Positions 39,401-51,261 of a DNA stretch of 64,000 nucleotides are shown here, piece after piece. The first letter of the stretch is position 1. Each line of letters starts with the position of its first letter. Position numbers and translations under genes: made by a program. Source of the DNA: Antedon mediterranea (lineage: Eukaryota > Animalia > Echinodermata); the NCBI RefSeq assembly GCF_964355755.1, contig NC_092679.1, positions 17,777,432 through 17,841,431 of the forward strand, given 5' to 3'. The notes beneath the pieces were generated by a model. The model saw only the letters and a program-made list of their open reading frames with translations. It was not told where the DNA came from and made no database searches.

Positions 39401-42400
39401 GCTCTGTCTACACTATCAAACTTTATGTGACAAAAAATGTGATGTGCCCATATATGGACATAATGGGCTCATATTACTACCATATTTGGGCATATCACTA
39501 CCATATTTGGGCACATCACAAGAATACAGAGCTTTAGATGAACAAATAGGAAAGATATTCTAGTTTATAGATTTGATTGATCACTTTATTTCAGAATAAA
39601 AATTCAAACAACAAACAATACAAACGGAAAATCACACTCAAATATGGTTTTCTCCCATATAGTGAAAAGATTTGATATATTCTGTAAAATTATATAGCAT
39701 TCAAAATTCTTTCATTTGATTTTTTTTTTTTTTTGCAGATGATCTCAGAATCACCCAACATGGTAGATAAACTACATGAAAACGAGGCTATGGTAAGGCT
39801 AATCTTAAATTATTAATTAAATTTCATTGAATAAATTATCAGGTCAAAAAATGTCTTTACTTTAATCACCATTGAGAAAACCAAACACAAAACATGATAT
39901 AAACAATCTGTATTTGTCTTTCTCAGATCCGAGTTCTCACAGAAGAATGGAGTACAAAATGGAGGGAAACTCAACGTATTATGAAGGTAAAGAAAGTTAG
40001 TCCCTACAAAAAAGAAAAAACAAAATAAATTACGCATCTATAACATGGGCAAGGGTTCGAGGCTCACTTGCTCCATGGTTCTGGTGGTAGAACGAGTCTT
40101 CTCAGATAAGGACTATAAACCATAGGGTCAGTGTAAATTTCTAGCTCATGTGTGATTTAAAAACCTAGTACATCTTTCGAGACAAGTAAAGGGTTTTCCC
40201 TGTGTAGTAGTACATCACATCAACTGATCATAACTGAGCCCTCTGGGAGACCAGACTTTGACTGAGGAGGTCGCCCAGTATAAATAATAACAAAATGAAA
40301 TAAGTAAAAATGATTAATAAGATTACAGTATTTTTTACTTTTATATCAATAGATACTTTATTCAAACAACAATGGTAGTCTTATTTGCATAGTAGTGCAT
40401 AGTAGTGCATTTGTTTTTCTTGTTTACAGGAGAAAACCTTGGCCTTGCGTTCAGAGGGAATAAGTGTTGTATTAGATTCAGAGCTGCCCCATCTCATTGG
40501 GATTGATGATGACTTGCTTAGTACCGGCCTAAAACTTTACCATATAAAGGCAAGAACAGTTTTTTTTTTATTATTTCAAGAATACAATACAATTCTCTAG
40601 AATCCATATTGAAATGTTTCGAACATTCTTTCCCCACGACGCTCAAATTCACAATCTATTGACCCATGGGGACATTTTTTTTCCCTCCATAATTTTTAAG
40701 TATTATGATGAAGGAAACAAATAATCTTTCCTATTTTGTAAATTTTTTTTTTTCCACACCCAGGTCTTTTGGCTCGAAGCATTAACAATAATACAGTAAC
40801 ATATATAATGTACAGTTGATTGATTGATTGATTAATTGATTAACTTTTCTTTTATATTTGTTATAGGAAGGAAAGACCTCAATAGGGCATTGTGATGCTG
40901 AACGGAGCAATGATATATGTAAGTTTATTAATATTCACTTAATTACAAAATGTGCAAATCTTTCACTTTCTTTTCATTTTCACAAATATTTGATTATTTT
41001 AATATGTTTAGTACTGTATGGAGTTGATGTACAAGATGAACACTGTATGCTAATTAATCGTGACGGCGTTGTCACCTTGCACCCGTTAAAGAAAGCGTTG
41101 TGTGCGGTCAACGGGAAATCAATTGACAGACCAATTGCCTTAACGCAAGGTAAGACAAATTCTCTCTCTCTCTCTTTATCTATAGTCATTCCTTTTTTTT
41201 CTTTTCTATATGTATTCTAATCTTTCTATATAATAAGTAATAAATCATCTTTTGTATACTCTAATTATCATTTAGTTTTAAGATGAAGACTCTGTTTTTG
41301 CTTTTAAATTTGCATACAGTTAAACCCTATAAGGAAACACCATCAGAACACAACAAAGTGTTCTTTTTAATAGGAGTTCCCCTGAATATGATTTGACCAT
41401 ATTGTTACTCTAATACAATTAATTTGCCCTTATTTGTTTTAAAGGGAAGTGTCTTCTTCATAACATGGATATATTCATATTCATTTATTATCCAGGAAAA
41501 TAAAAACAATAATACAAAAAGCATAAATTACATAAAACAAAAACAAGCACAGAAAAACGCAGGACACTATCCTGGCGGATTGTCAAAAAGCAAAAATATC
41601 GCTATAATAGACTCTCCTGATAGTGTTTCTCCTAAACAACACAGTGAAAACTGTGTGTGATAAACTGTTTTTTAGTTCAAAATTGTATGCCAAATAGTCT
41701 GGTATTTTTTTAGTTTTTTCTATTTTTTTATATTTATTTTTATTTATTTTTTTATATGCATTGAATTTGCAAAATAAAGTTTTTATATAAATGGATGTTT
41801 AGCCATAGTTTTTAAAAATATATTGCTCCTCTTTTGTGTCACAAGTCTCCTTAAGGGTTGTCCCAAAGAAGAGGTTCTACTGTCTATAATATGTAAGCTG
41901 AAACTGAAATAAAAATAATGAATGAATGTATTTTAATACTAACAACAAAATGCAACTGATTTCATTTACAGGTTGTATAGTGTCAATAGGAAGGACAAAC
42001 TTATTTCGGTTTAATCATCCTGCTGAGGCTAAGAGACTTAAGAATGAACTTAAAAGCATGTCAAAATCAATGAATGATTTATCAATGATGAGATCAACAG
42101 AAAACCTTATAGCGCCCTCATTAATGTACAGTCATAAGTAAGTATCCAACAATTATAAAAGAAACATACACATTCTTTGTGAGCTTTCGATCGATGACCA
42201 ACCTGGGTCAGGTCAACCGATGTGTCATTGGTCAACTCTTGGACCATCATAAAAATCAAACCTGTGTCAAGCTGAGGAGCAAGGACACACCTCCCAATAT
42301 CGGTGCATGTGCACAAAAATGAAATAACATAGCTTGGTTGTCAATCGTCGCAAATCGAAAGCTCCCTATTATCATTTGCAAGAAAACAACTACATTATAA

Positions 42401-45400
42401 TTTTTTTTATTCATTTTCACATTGAAATTTTTTTTTTTAAGCATTCTACTTGAAAAACAACAAAAAGAAGAATTTGAGAAATTAGAAGAAAAGAGGTATC
42501 GATCAATAATTTATGTTTTTTATAGACTAGCCAAACCTTAGAGCTCAACATTGATAGTGAAATAAGAAATATATAGATTGACTTTAATTGGAAAGTTTAT
42601 AGAGAATTTATTCACATCCTTTTATTTTGACTATCTTAATTAAAAATAGCTGCACAGAATGATAACATAATAGTAATAACATTTCATAATTCATTGTTTT
42701 TTTTGTAGACTTCAAATTCAAGAACTTGAGGAAAAGTTCTGGGAATCCGAAAATAAACGGAAAGCAGAGCAATCAAAGAAAGAGAATGACATAGATGAAA
42801 AGCGGAAAAAGCTGGAGAAGTTAAGGTTAGAGAGTGAAAACTCAAAGAAGGAAGCCGAAGAGGCAGAAAAGAGGATCAAGAAAGAGCAACAGAAACTAAA
42901 GAGACAGAGTTTAAATGTCCAAAAACAACTGGAAGAATTTAATTTAGAAAAAGAGAAAATGGAAAAAGAGAGAGATGACAGAGTATTTGAAGCTAATAAA
43001 ACATTGGAAGTGCGGATGCAGACTGAGAAAGACCGTATTGAGCTTGAACTCGCAATCGAGGAGGATCGACTGCGATTGGAAGAAATGGTTGAACAACATA
43101 ATGTTCTAGTGAAGGAAGCTGAGGAAGATCTGAAACAAGAAAGAGAAAGAATGAGTAAAGATTTTGAAGAGAAACGTTTGAGGTTAGACTCGGAGATTGA
43201 TCGATTAGAAGAAAAGCAACAGGAGTTAGATTTGGCAAAGAAAGAGGCAAGTTCAAACATTACATTATATTTTTTTCATAATTATTCTTTCACAATGTCC
43301 TCTATCTTGACTTAAAAATGAGAATATATTTGTTCTTTTAGGGAGAAGAAGATTTTAAGAAACGAAAAGAAATCTTGGACTGGGAGATTGAAGAGGAATG
43401 TAAAGAACTAAAAAAAGAACAACAAAAACTAGAAAGTTTAAAAGAGAAACTAAATATATCGAAAGAAATATTCAGTAAAATGGAGGAAACAGCCTGTGCC
43501 AAACTTGCCCAAGAGAATTTAGAATTTGCTAAAGCTAAAGAACAATTTGATGAATTGAAACAAACTCAGATTGATTCAATTAGAGAAGCAGAAGAGAAAA
43601 TAAGAGATAAAGCAGAGCGTATGGTAGGAGACATCTGGGATAAACGTGCAATGCTTGATGATAAACGCAAAGAACTTAACGAGAAAGAAGGACAAACTCA
43701 GAGAGCATTAGATGCAGGAAATTTTAAAAATGAAGAAGAGAAAGTTAAGTTAGAAGAAGAAAAAGAAGAAATAAGGAATGAAAAAGAAAAATTGGAAAAT
43801 GAACAAGATGAATTGAACTGTCTTGAAATTGAGATTGAAAAAGAAATTGAGGAAGAGTTCCGCCATTTGGAAGAAAAAAGAAAAGAGAATGAAAAGGTTT
43901 TAGATGAAGAGTGGGCAAAATTGCAAAACATGGATGGATGGGATGTAGATACTTTGGAGAAAGAAATTGAAGTAAGAGAACTCGATTTAAAAGATATCAA
44001 AAAAAGAGTGAAAGAGAATGAAAAAGTTTTAGAAGAGATGGTAAAAAATGACCAAGATCTGAATTCAAACTTTGTACGAGAAGGAATCGATATTGTTGAT
44101 GGTGCTGAAAGAATTAAAGTCTTGATGTCATCTCATGATGCATCTAGAGAGTCTTTGGAAACTGTTCTGGAACAACGAGACCTTCTTAATGAACAACAGC
44201 GAAAGACCGAACTAGAACGTATCCAGCTGTTGAGGGAGAGTATATCTGAAATGGAGGATGTCCACAGTTTGCTGGTGAAGAAATCACAACAGATCATGGA
44301 AGAGGAGATGGAACAGGTTAAAAAAGAGAGAGAACGACTGACAGAGAAAGAGGATGATGGAATCGATGATCTGCAGAAGCTCAATGACTATGAAGAGGAG
44401 AAGAAGCTGAAGGAGAACAGGTGGAAACTGCAAGAAGATCAGTTGCGATTGCAACATAAAATCCATGTAAGTTTCTACAATTTGATGTCTATTGCTGAAA
44501 TGTGAGGTTGGGTCTGATTTGTATTTCATGTGTTGGTACTAATCATATCAATGGTGCAGTTAGTTTAATAATATAGACAATAAATAAGACCAAGTAACCA
44601 TTAACAAACAAGCATAGTACAATAAGTATCTTAAGATGTTTGTTAATTTCATGGGCAGTAGTGATAGATGGTAATTTCATAATATGACAATACTGTCAAC
44701 GATTCTAATAACTTTCACAGGTGTTATTAATTAAAACCGCTAATATCATCTACAGGTGTTCCTTTGCTTGGTGTTCAGAATGCAAAGAGGGATTTTGCTA
44801 TTGTGGTCACAATCAAACTACCTTTTCAATATGTTTTTTTTTTTCAATAATTGTTACTCACATGTATGATAATGTGAAATCACCCTAATTCCCTGATACA
44901 ATAGCTGAAATTGGGAATCCGTAGGTTGGTTTATAATTCCCCACTCATCCTAAGCTGTGCAACATCCCTCTTTGCAAATGTCATCAGATTTTAATGGCAT
45001 CCTCAATAAAGTTGGTCAGAAAGGAACCACGGTCCCCGTAGGGGTCTGGTTTATTTGGAGGCTAACTGTACGGCTTGCAATATCTTTTTCTGAATTGATG
45101 CACATTGTTCATTTTCTCACTTCATGCAGTCCAAATCTGAAGACAACGTAGAAAACACATTGCTGCCACCTGTGGATAACAAGGCAAAGGTCGGCATACG
45201 TCACGCATCTAACACCCTTCAAATAAACACATTTTTACCCTGGTTTTCTTCTCAGCTTTTTCTTTTATCTTAACAATCATTTCATTAAACTTTTTCTTTT
45301 CAAATGTTAATACACATGAATTATGTGCTTGTTGGTATTATTCCCTGAAATACTAATTATTTTTCTTGTTTGATATCTGTATAAATTTAATAAAACATTT

Positions 45401-48400
45401 ATATTTGTATGTGTTGTTTGGGTTTATGCTTCAATCTCATTGCTTGGTTTTCTTAAATTCTTATTGGTAGACACCTTGTAATGAAAAGCTAGTTAAATCA
45501 GTGGTGCGTAACCAGCAAATATAGCATGTGACTTGAATTGATCACTACCGTATATATCCTCCGGTATAATCCCACCCCTCTAGAACACGAAATCAGGCTG
45601 ACTTTGGGTGGTGGGACTATACCCGGAGAAATCCTTTTCGGGGAAAAAATGATTGGTAAGTATTTCTATAGAGAGAAGCCTACATCCAGACCAAAAGTCA
45701 ATACTGGGGCTATACCCGGGGATATGGCTGAAATCAGACATAAAATAGAGGGTGGAATTAGACCCAAATTGAGATTATACCCTAGGATATACGCTACTGA
45801 GAAAATTACTGATATTTGCAGCTCAAATCTGTTTTGGATTTCGTTCTACATATTTTGCTGTCTTTTAATCATTTCAAGATGTCTATAAATTAATATACTT
45901 TATGCATTTTTATATAATCATTTAAAAATATATTAATTTATTAATAAGTTTTATTGCACCTTGTTCACAAACCTTTTAGTTATTTTAGATTTTACCTTTT
46001 GTTTATTACTGACAAATTTCTAGAAATTCCTTAAATTTTTTGCTCCTTCACCCAACCTAAAAAGTCTTTATCAAATATCAATTATAATTTTACCCTTTTT
46101 GTTTGTTTTACACCTCTGCAAAATCTATATCCACCACATAATTTCTTTTTATATAATATTGTATTATAGTTTTTAAAGATTTATTGTCCCCCTGAAAAAA
46201 TATATATTTTTTTTTTAATGTTTGTGTTGAATATGCCATTTGAATGACACAATTGTTTTCACAAACAAAAATTATTTAACTAAAAAAACATAATTTAAAG
46301 GAAAAAATAGTCAAATTGACAGGAAGAAAGTCAATGGGTTTTTGGTTGAATTTAAATTGAAAACATATTTTGTTTATTTGTTTTAACTTTGTTAAAACTA
46401 CAAAATAACATATTCAAAGTCTGATTTTATAAAACTTCATTTTTCATGTTTTTGGAAGACAATACATCTTTAAATGTTTTTGTAATACAGGCGGATACAG
46501 GTTCCATCAACACTGTTCAATTATTTACTTACTAAATAGATTCAAATTCCTTTACTTTTTCTAGCATTTGGAAATACTTGAAGGACAGATGGAGAAGACA
46601 GAAGCAGAATTAGAAAAGAAACAGGCAGACTTTGAAGACCAGAGGACAGAAGAACTAAAGAGAATTGAATCAGAAAAACAAAAACTTGCTGAAATGGAGG
46701 ATCAAGACAGGTTTGTGTTATTTGTTTTATATTATATTTGTTTTTTTCTTAACTTGTGATTTTTTTTCTTACGACTACTTTTCTCTGTAAGATCCCTGCA
46801 ATATTGTATATAACAATGTAAATATATAAAAGACAACACAGAAACCATTAGAGCATAAAGAACAACTGCACATGCCTGTAAACTACTTTTTACATTGCAT
46901 TTTCAAATGTTATTTTTAGATTCCATAGAAAAGTTGAAGAGGAAGTGAAGAAAAAACTGTTTGAAGAAAAAGTAGAAAGAGAGAAGAAGGAAATGATGGA
47001 CAAGAAGAAAATTGAAGATGAGTTGAAAACATTACAAAAAGCTCATGAAAAAGAAATTGAACTACTAAAGAAAAGATTTGAATCAAGGTATAGCAAAATA
47101 CTCTTATTTTTGAAAAATATTAATAAATAGCAACATTTCTCAGAAAAATATTGGCTAATTTATGTATATTTCAATATCGGAATTGTTGATCAAAAGCTAC
47201 TTGCCATTTGCCAATATTCATGAGAAACAATGCTCTTCTATAGCTAGTTTCAATCCCTCCCACTGTGTGAACTTTGCTATTGTTTTTAGCTGTCCCACCC
47301 TATTGCACTTAATTATATGTTAAAGATATATTGTCCCCCTGAAAAATTAATTCTTAAACATTCTTCTGTTGAATATGACATTTCAATGTCACCAAATAGT
47401 TATCCACTTTGACAAAAAATTGGATTCAAAAAAAAGTGTTTACCTAAAAAAGTGTAATTTAAAGGAAAAAATAGTCAAATGGGTTTTTGGTTGAATTTAA
47501 CCATTTATTTTATAATCCTATAAGTGAAACATTAATTTTTTCCAATTTTTTTTCTAGAGAAATGATTAGCTTTATTAAAGCTACAACATAATCTATTCAA
47601 AGTCTGATTTTAGTAATCTTTATTTTTCATGTTTTGGGGGACAATACATCTTTAACATTTACCATTAACAGATTTTCTGTCCAGCACGAAGGTCTCCATT
47701 TAACTGCACTTTCTAATGGCAATGGCAATTATATGATCATTGAATGTCAAGTAATATTAAACAATGACACAATTATATTGCTATAAATCAACTAACCTTC
47801 TTTTTTTATAAACATTTGATTACAAATTAATTAAACATTAGACAATGTTGTGAATAATTAACTACCATCACATTTTGATGATTGTCTCCAATCCAGTCGC
47901 TAATGAGGAATCAAATATTGTATAGATCTTTAATATACAGTATAACATACTTCCATGATATACTGTAAATTGGCAATACAAGTAATATTAATAGGATATC
48001 AAATTTTCCGATCTTGTTAAATTACATTCAAAGTATTTATTTAGGCTTTTTTAGGAGGAATGGGGGATCTGGAGAATAGAAAAATATGGGGTGGATGGAT
48101 GTGAATAAAAATAAATAAACCGAACGTTATGTCTGTGTCTAGAAGACTATTTTTAGAAAAATGGTGTTAAGCAGGGTGAAAGCCTTTAAAGGAGCCATAA
48201 GTAGGATGGAAGGCCTTTAATTGAGCCTATAGGCAAAGTCAAAGGACTTTAGCTGGAATAAAGATTTTTATCTGAGCCTTAGGCAAGGTGGAAGGCCTTT
48301 GCCTTAGGCAAGGTGGAAAGCTTTCCTAAGGCTGGGTGAAAAATATTTAATAAAGCCTTAGGTTGGGTGGAAGTACATTCATGGGCATGTTTAAGTTGAT

Positions 48401-51041
48401 TTGTGTTAAATTTTTTTCTAACTTAGGAAAGTTTCTTTTGGAAGCAGGTCTAACCCATATGGAGGATTAAAGGTAAGTTATATGTTATATTTGTGGTTTA
48501 GATGTGTGGTTATACATATTACTGCAATAAATTATTAGTATAGTAGTCAGAGCTTCCTAATAAAATGATATACTTTATACTGTACATATTTTTTTGTTGG
48601 GACTCTTTTATTTGCACTTTGCAGGGTTTTAAACTATATTGTGTAGTGTTTTGTCAATGAGCACAACTATTTTCCCTTTCCTCTCTATTCATGATGAATT
48701 TGTATGGTTCAAATTGACAATGTATTTGCACGTACCTCTTCACCGGAAACAAGTACCGTACTACCTTAGCCATTGATATCTGATAGATAGTTGGCTGGCT
48801 TCCAAGTTTAAGTTAGGCATGTGATTTAATACTTCAAAAAAAGGTTGACTCTCAAATGTTACTGATCAAGTCAAAACGATCACAATAGACGGTCAGTCAC
48901 TTGTCCTGTCATGAATATCCAAAAACTCTGATGCAAGAGACTAAATAAAAGTAATAAGCTTAACTCCTAGCCTTGTATCATGTGGACAAATGTTATGTTT
49001 TTCACTTTCAATCAAAGCCAAAATCTTCATTGTAAAAGTAAAAACCAATTGTCCATTTTGCATTGCTGCTGTGTGATTGATATTAGACTTAATTATCAGG
49101 ATTTGGTAGCTTAATCAACACAATCTATGGTTCTCTCTGGTTTCTAACTAGTGCTTTTTTGCATGTTTTTCCCCATCAGAACACTGATGGTTTTCCTAAT
49201 AGTAATGGTAAAAAGAGGGGAGAGGTGAGTACATTTTGCTGCTTTTATGAGCTATTTTGTTTGTTTGTACATTTTGCTCTGTTTTGTTTAATCTAAATTA
49301 TTGATATTGGAGTATTAAATTAATAATTTAATGTTACTGTTTTTATGTGATTTTTGGTGGTTGTGGGTATTGGTTTTGTAGTGAGTATCCACTTCTAGTT
49401 GGGTTACATGATAAAGATGTTTGTATTTACATATTTTCTTGTTTTGTGTCATCTAAATAAATGTTTATAAATTGAAACATTGGTGTACAAGTCATGAATT
49501 GCAAATATTAAAATAACAAATAATACAAGAAATATATAAAGATAAAAATAAAGCAAGTGATTAAGATCATGTCTAAACATTATTATTTATTAAAGTAGTA
49601 CTGTATTATTTAAAAGTTTGATTTAACAACTTGCTTTCATTTGTATCGTTTAGTCATTTGATGCACCATTGGCACCACATACTGAAGCTGTAAAAGATCT
49701 CATCAAAATCCTTATACCACGATACATGTTGCGAGGCCACGGTTGGGATTCGCATTATGTGTTTGAAGTTCAGATCACGATACTAAACGAAACTTGGGTC
49801 GTTTACAGACGCTACAGCAAGTTCAGAGAATTACATGAAATTATGAAGAAAAAGTACTATGAGGTATTGCAATGGTTTACATTTCACTCCTAAACAGATT
49901 GAATTTTTTCAATCAAACATTTATATCCAATCAAACAACTTATCAACATACAATTTTTACAAATTTCACATCTAGCTTAGGAGAAATAAATGCATGCTTT
50001 CTAAATTATGTCTCAGTTAGGATATGGCCTTACTGTTGAGCACTGAAATACATAGTGTAAATAGTTAGGATTTGAACTAAGGAACCTGAGATTTTAAGTG
50101 TATATGGTTGTAATTCCTATTTTTTTAATTTTTACACAGATTAGCCTACTCGATTTTCCACCAAAGAGACTATTTGGAAATAGATCTGAAAAGGTTGTAT
50201 TAAAGCGTAGAGGTAATCTAGAGGTAAGAAAAGTAACATAAAATTGATTGATTGATTGAATGATTAATTTTTAGATTTAATGATTAATTTTTAGATTAAA
50301 TGATTGATTTTTAGATTGATTTATAGATTGAATGATTGATTTGTAGATCGAATGAATGATTTATAGATTGAATGATTGATTGATTTATTGATTGAATGAC
50401 TGGTTTGTAGATTGAATGATTGATTTGTAGATTGATTTATTGATTGATCTGTAGATTGAATGATTGATTTATTGATTGATCTGTAGATTGAATGATTAAT
50501 TTATTGATTGATCTGTAGATTGAATGATTAATTTATTGATTGATCTGTAGATTGAATGATTAATTTATTGATTGATCTGTAGATTGAATGATTAATTTAT
50601 TGATTGATCTATAGATTGAATGATTAATTTATTGATTGATCTGTAGATTGAATGATTAATTTATTGATTGATCTGTAGATTGAATGTTTAATTTATTGAT
50701 TGATCTGTAGATTGAATGATTGATTTATTGATTGATTGAATGATTGATTTGCAGATTGAATAATCCAGCTTTTGATTAAATGATCAATATTTTTTCATTG
50801 GATTTGTATATAGAGTGATTAATTAAGCAATTACCTAGGAATTAAAATCTATGTAATTATTGTTGTTATTTAAACTCTTCAACAGGAATATTTACGGAAA
50901 TTCCTTGAAGCGTGCTTGAACATAGATCATTGCCCCATAGCACCAGGACCGGGTCGAACCATCTCCAAAGGAATCTTATGTGAGTTTGCACCATTCTTTA
51001 AGAAAGGTGCTTTTGAAACAACAAAATATGGTACAACGTAG
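27480..51041 (+). CDS. KIF16B: Kinesin-3 family protein KIF16B (motor, FHA, coiled-coil stalk, PX domain), complete
   Basis: Exons: 27480-27526 ([14 protein letters not shown]), 28279-28348, 32962-33072, 33900-34016 (P-loop GQTGSGKT), 34775-34807, 35294-35352, 35625-35728, 36046-36115, 36518-36590 (switch I SSRSH), 37041-37108 (DLAG), 37396-37496, 37912-38031 ([22 protein letters not shown]), 38678-38775, 39280-39360, 39739-39792, 39927-39986, 40430-40549 (GC donor), 40867-40918, 41012-41149, 41972-42137 (FHA, FRFNHP), 42442-42495, 42709-43246 (GC donor), 43342-44466, [45130-45189 candidate], 46565-46710, 46920-47087, 48427-48472, 49180-49224, 49654-49863 ([10 protein letters not shown]...[12 protein letters not shown]), 50140-50223 (FPPKRLFGN), 50886-51041 ([10 protein letters not shown]...TAG). 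A C-terminal PX domain on a kinesin-3 is diagnostic of KIF16B. Confidence 0.96.
28715..28830. repeat. 18-bp minisatellite, about 6 copies
   Basis: Unit TTGCGAGTGACCATGTAG. Confidence 0.9.
31596..31702. mobile_element. MITE family A copy (partial)
   Basis: Internal ATATCACTACC repeats plus the right TIR ATAGTGTAGACAGAGCT. Confidence 0.7.
33143..33291. mobile_element. MITE family H (TIR GGAGCTTTC...GAAAGCTCC)
   Basis: TIR pair. A second copy at 42179-42368 in the opposite orientation shares GGACACACCTCC. Confidence 0.6.
34150..34346 (+). mobile_element. Probable 3' end of a LINE-type retroelement
   Basis: Stem-loops (CAGTTC-TTTT-GAACTG; GGGAAAGCCA/TGGTTACCC) followed by an (AATAA)5 tail. Similar tail remnants at 1525-1620 (+) and two related ones at about 12565-12680 and 17615-17728 (-). 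Confidence 0.45.
36136..36227. mobile_element. MITE family A copy (partial)
   Basis: Left TIR plus two 21-bp GCCCAAATATGGTAGTGATAT units. Confidence 0.75.
36875..37010. mobile_element. MITE family A copy
   Basis: Left TIR, about four internal 21-bp units, right end ACAGAGCT-TTA. Confidence 0.75.
37517..37727 (+). mobile_element. tRNA-derived SINE family D
   Basis: A-box TAGCTTGGTGG, B-box GGTTCAATCC, AATAAA-rich tail. Other copies at 1298-1445 (+), 6928-7111 (-) and 57412-57480 (-, head only). Confidence 0.7.
38235..38331. mobile_element. MITE family A copy (partial)
   Basis: Left TIR plus internal sequence. Confidence 0.7.
38515..38635. mobile_element. MITE family A copy
   Basis: AACTCTGTCTACACTATCA ... 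GTTTGATAGTGTTGACAAAGCT. Confidence 0.75.
39400..39533. mobile_element. MITE family A copy
   Basis: Left TIR intact, two internal units, right end ACAGAGCT-TTA. Confidence 0.75.
40041..40290 (+). mobile_element. SINE family C copy (5'-truncated)
   Basis: B-box GGTTCGAGGC and a body matching the 14219 copy; tail TATAAATAATAA. Confidence 0.75.
45548..45794. mobile_element. Tc1/pogo-like MITE (family F) copy
   Basis: TA|CCGTATATATCCTCCGGTATAATCCCAC ... GAGATTATACCCTAGGATATACGC|TA. The interior is the reverse complement of the 17176 copy (GAGAGAAGCCTACATCCAGACC). Confidence 0.75.
46177..46469. mobile_element. Kolobok-like MITE (family E) copy
   Basis: TTAA|AGATTTATTGTCCCCC ... GGAAGACAATACATCT|TTAA; interior similar to the 47324 copy. 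Confidence 0.8.
47324..47651. mobile_element. Kolobok-like MITE (family E) with TTAA target-site duplication
   Basis: TTAA|AGATATATTGTCCCCC ... GGGGGACAATACATCT|TTAA. AG termini with a TTAA TSD fit Kolobok rather than piggyBac. Confidence 0.8.
48170..48375. repeat. Degenerate tandem repeat with 20-30 bp units
   Basis: GAGCCTTAGGCAAGGTGGAAGGCCTTT-like units. Confidence 0.65.
50244..50762. repeat. (GATT)n-derived compound minisatellite with a 32-bp higher-order unit
   Basis: GATTGAATGATTAATTTATTGATTGATCTGTA repeated about 9 times, flanked by degenerate GATT/GAAT arrays; last KIF16B intron. Confidence 0.9.
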
Positions 51042-51231
51042 CATCGACCACTGTAAAATGGAGAAACATTAACACTTACGTTTTATTGTGAGGAGTTGTA
51101 TTTTGATTTAATTTTGAAAGCAAAGAGAGAGTTTAATTAATTTCTTTTCACCCATTCTTGTGGTTTCTGTAGCGAATGAATGAGAGTTTATTAATACTTT
51201 GCATTTCATTATGAAATTATTAAAAATTAAC

Positions 51232-51261
51232 AATAAATAAAAGTTAACTTTGTAAATAAAA
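51232..51261 (+). terminator. Candidate KIF16B polyadenylation signals
   Basis: Overlapping AATAAA hexamers from 51232 and another at about 51255, about 190-215 nt after the stop codon. AATAAA is common in this AT-rich DNA. Confidence 0.4.

Noticed and set aside
42718-44529. Minus-strand ORFs 42718..43260, 42993..43256, 43698..44000, 44133..44384 and 44284..44529
   Set aside because: Ser/Phe/Leu-rich antisense shadows of the E/K-rich KIF16B stalk exons.
45538-45888. 116-aa ORF as a possible transposase fragment
   Set aside because: It lies across a 247-bp non-coding MITE, starts at TTG and has no DDE motifs.
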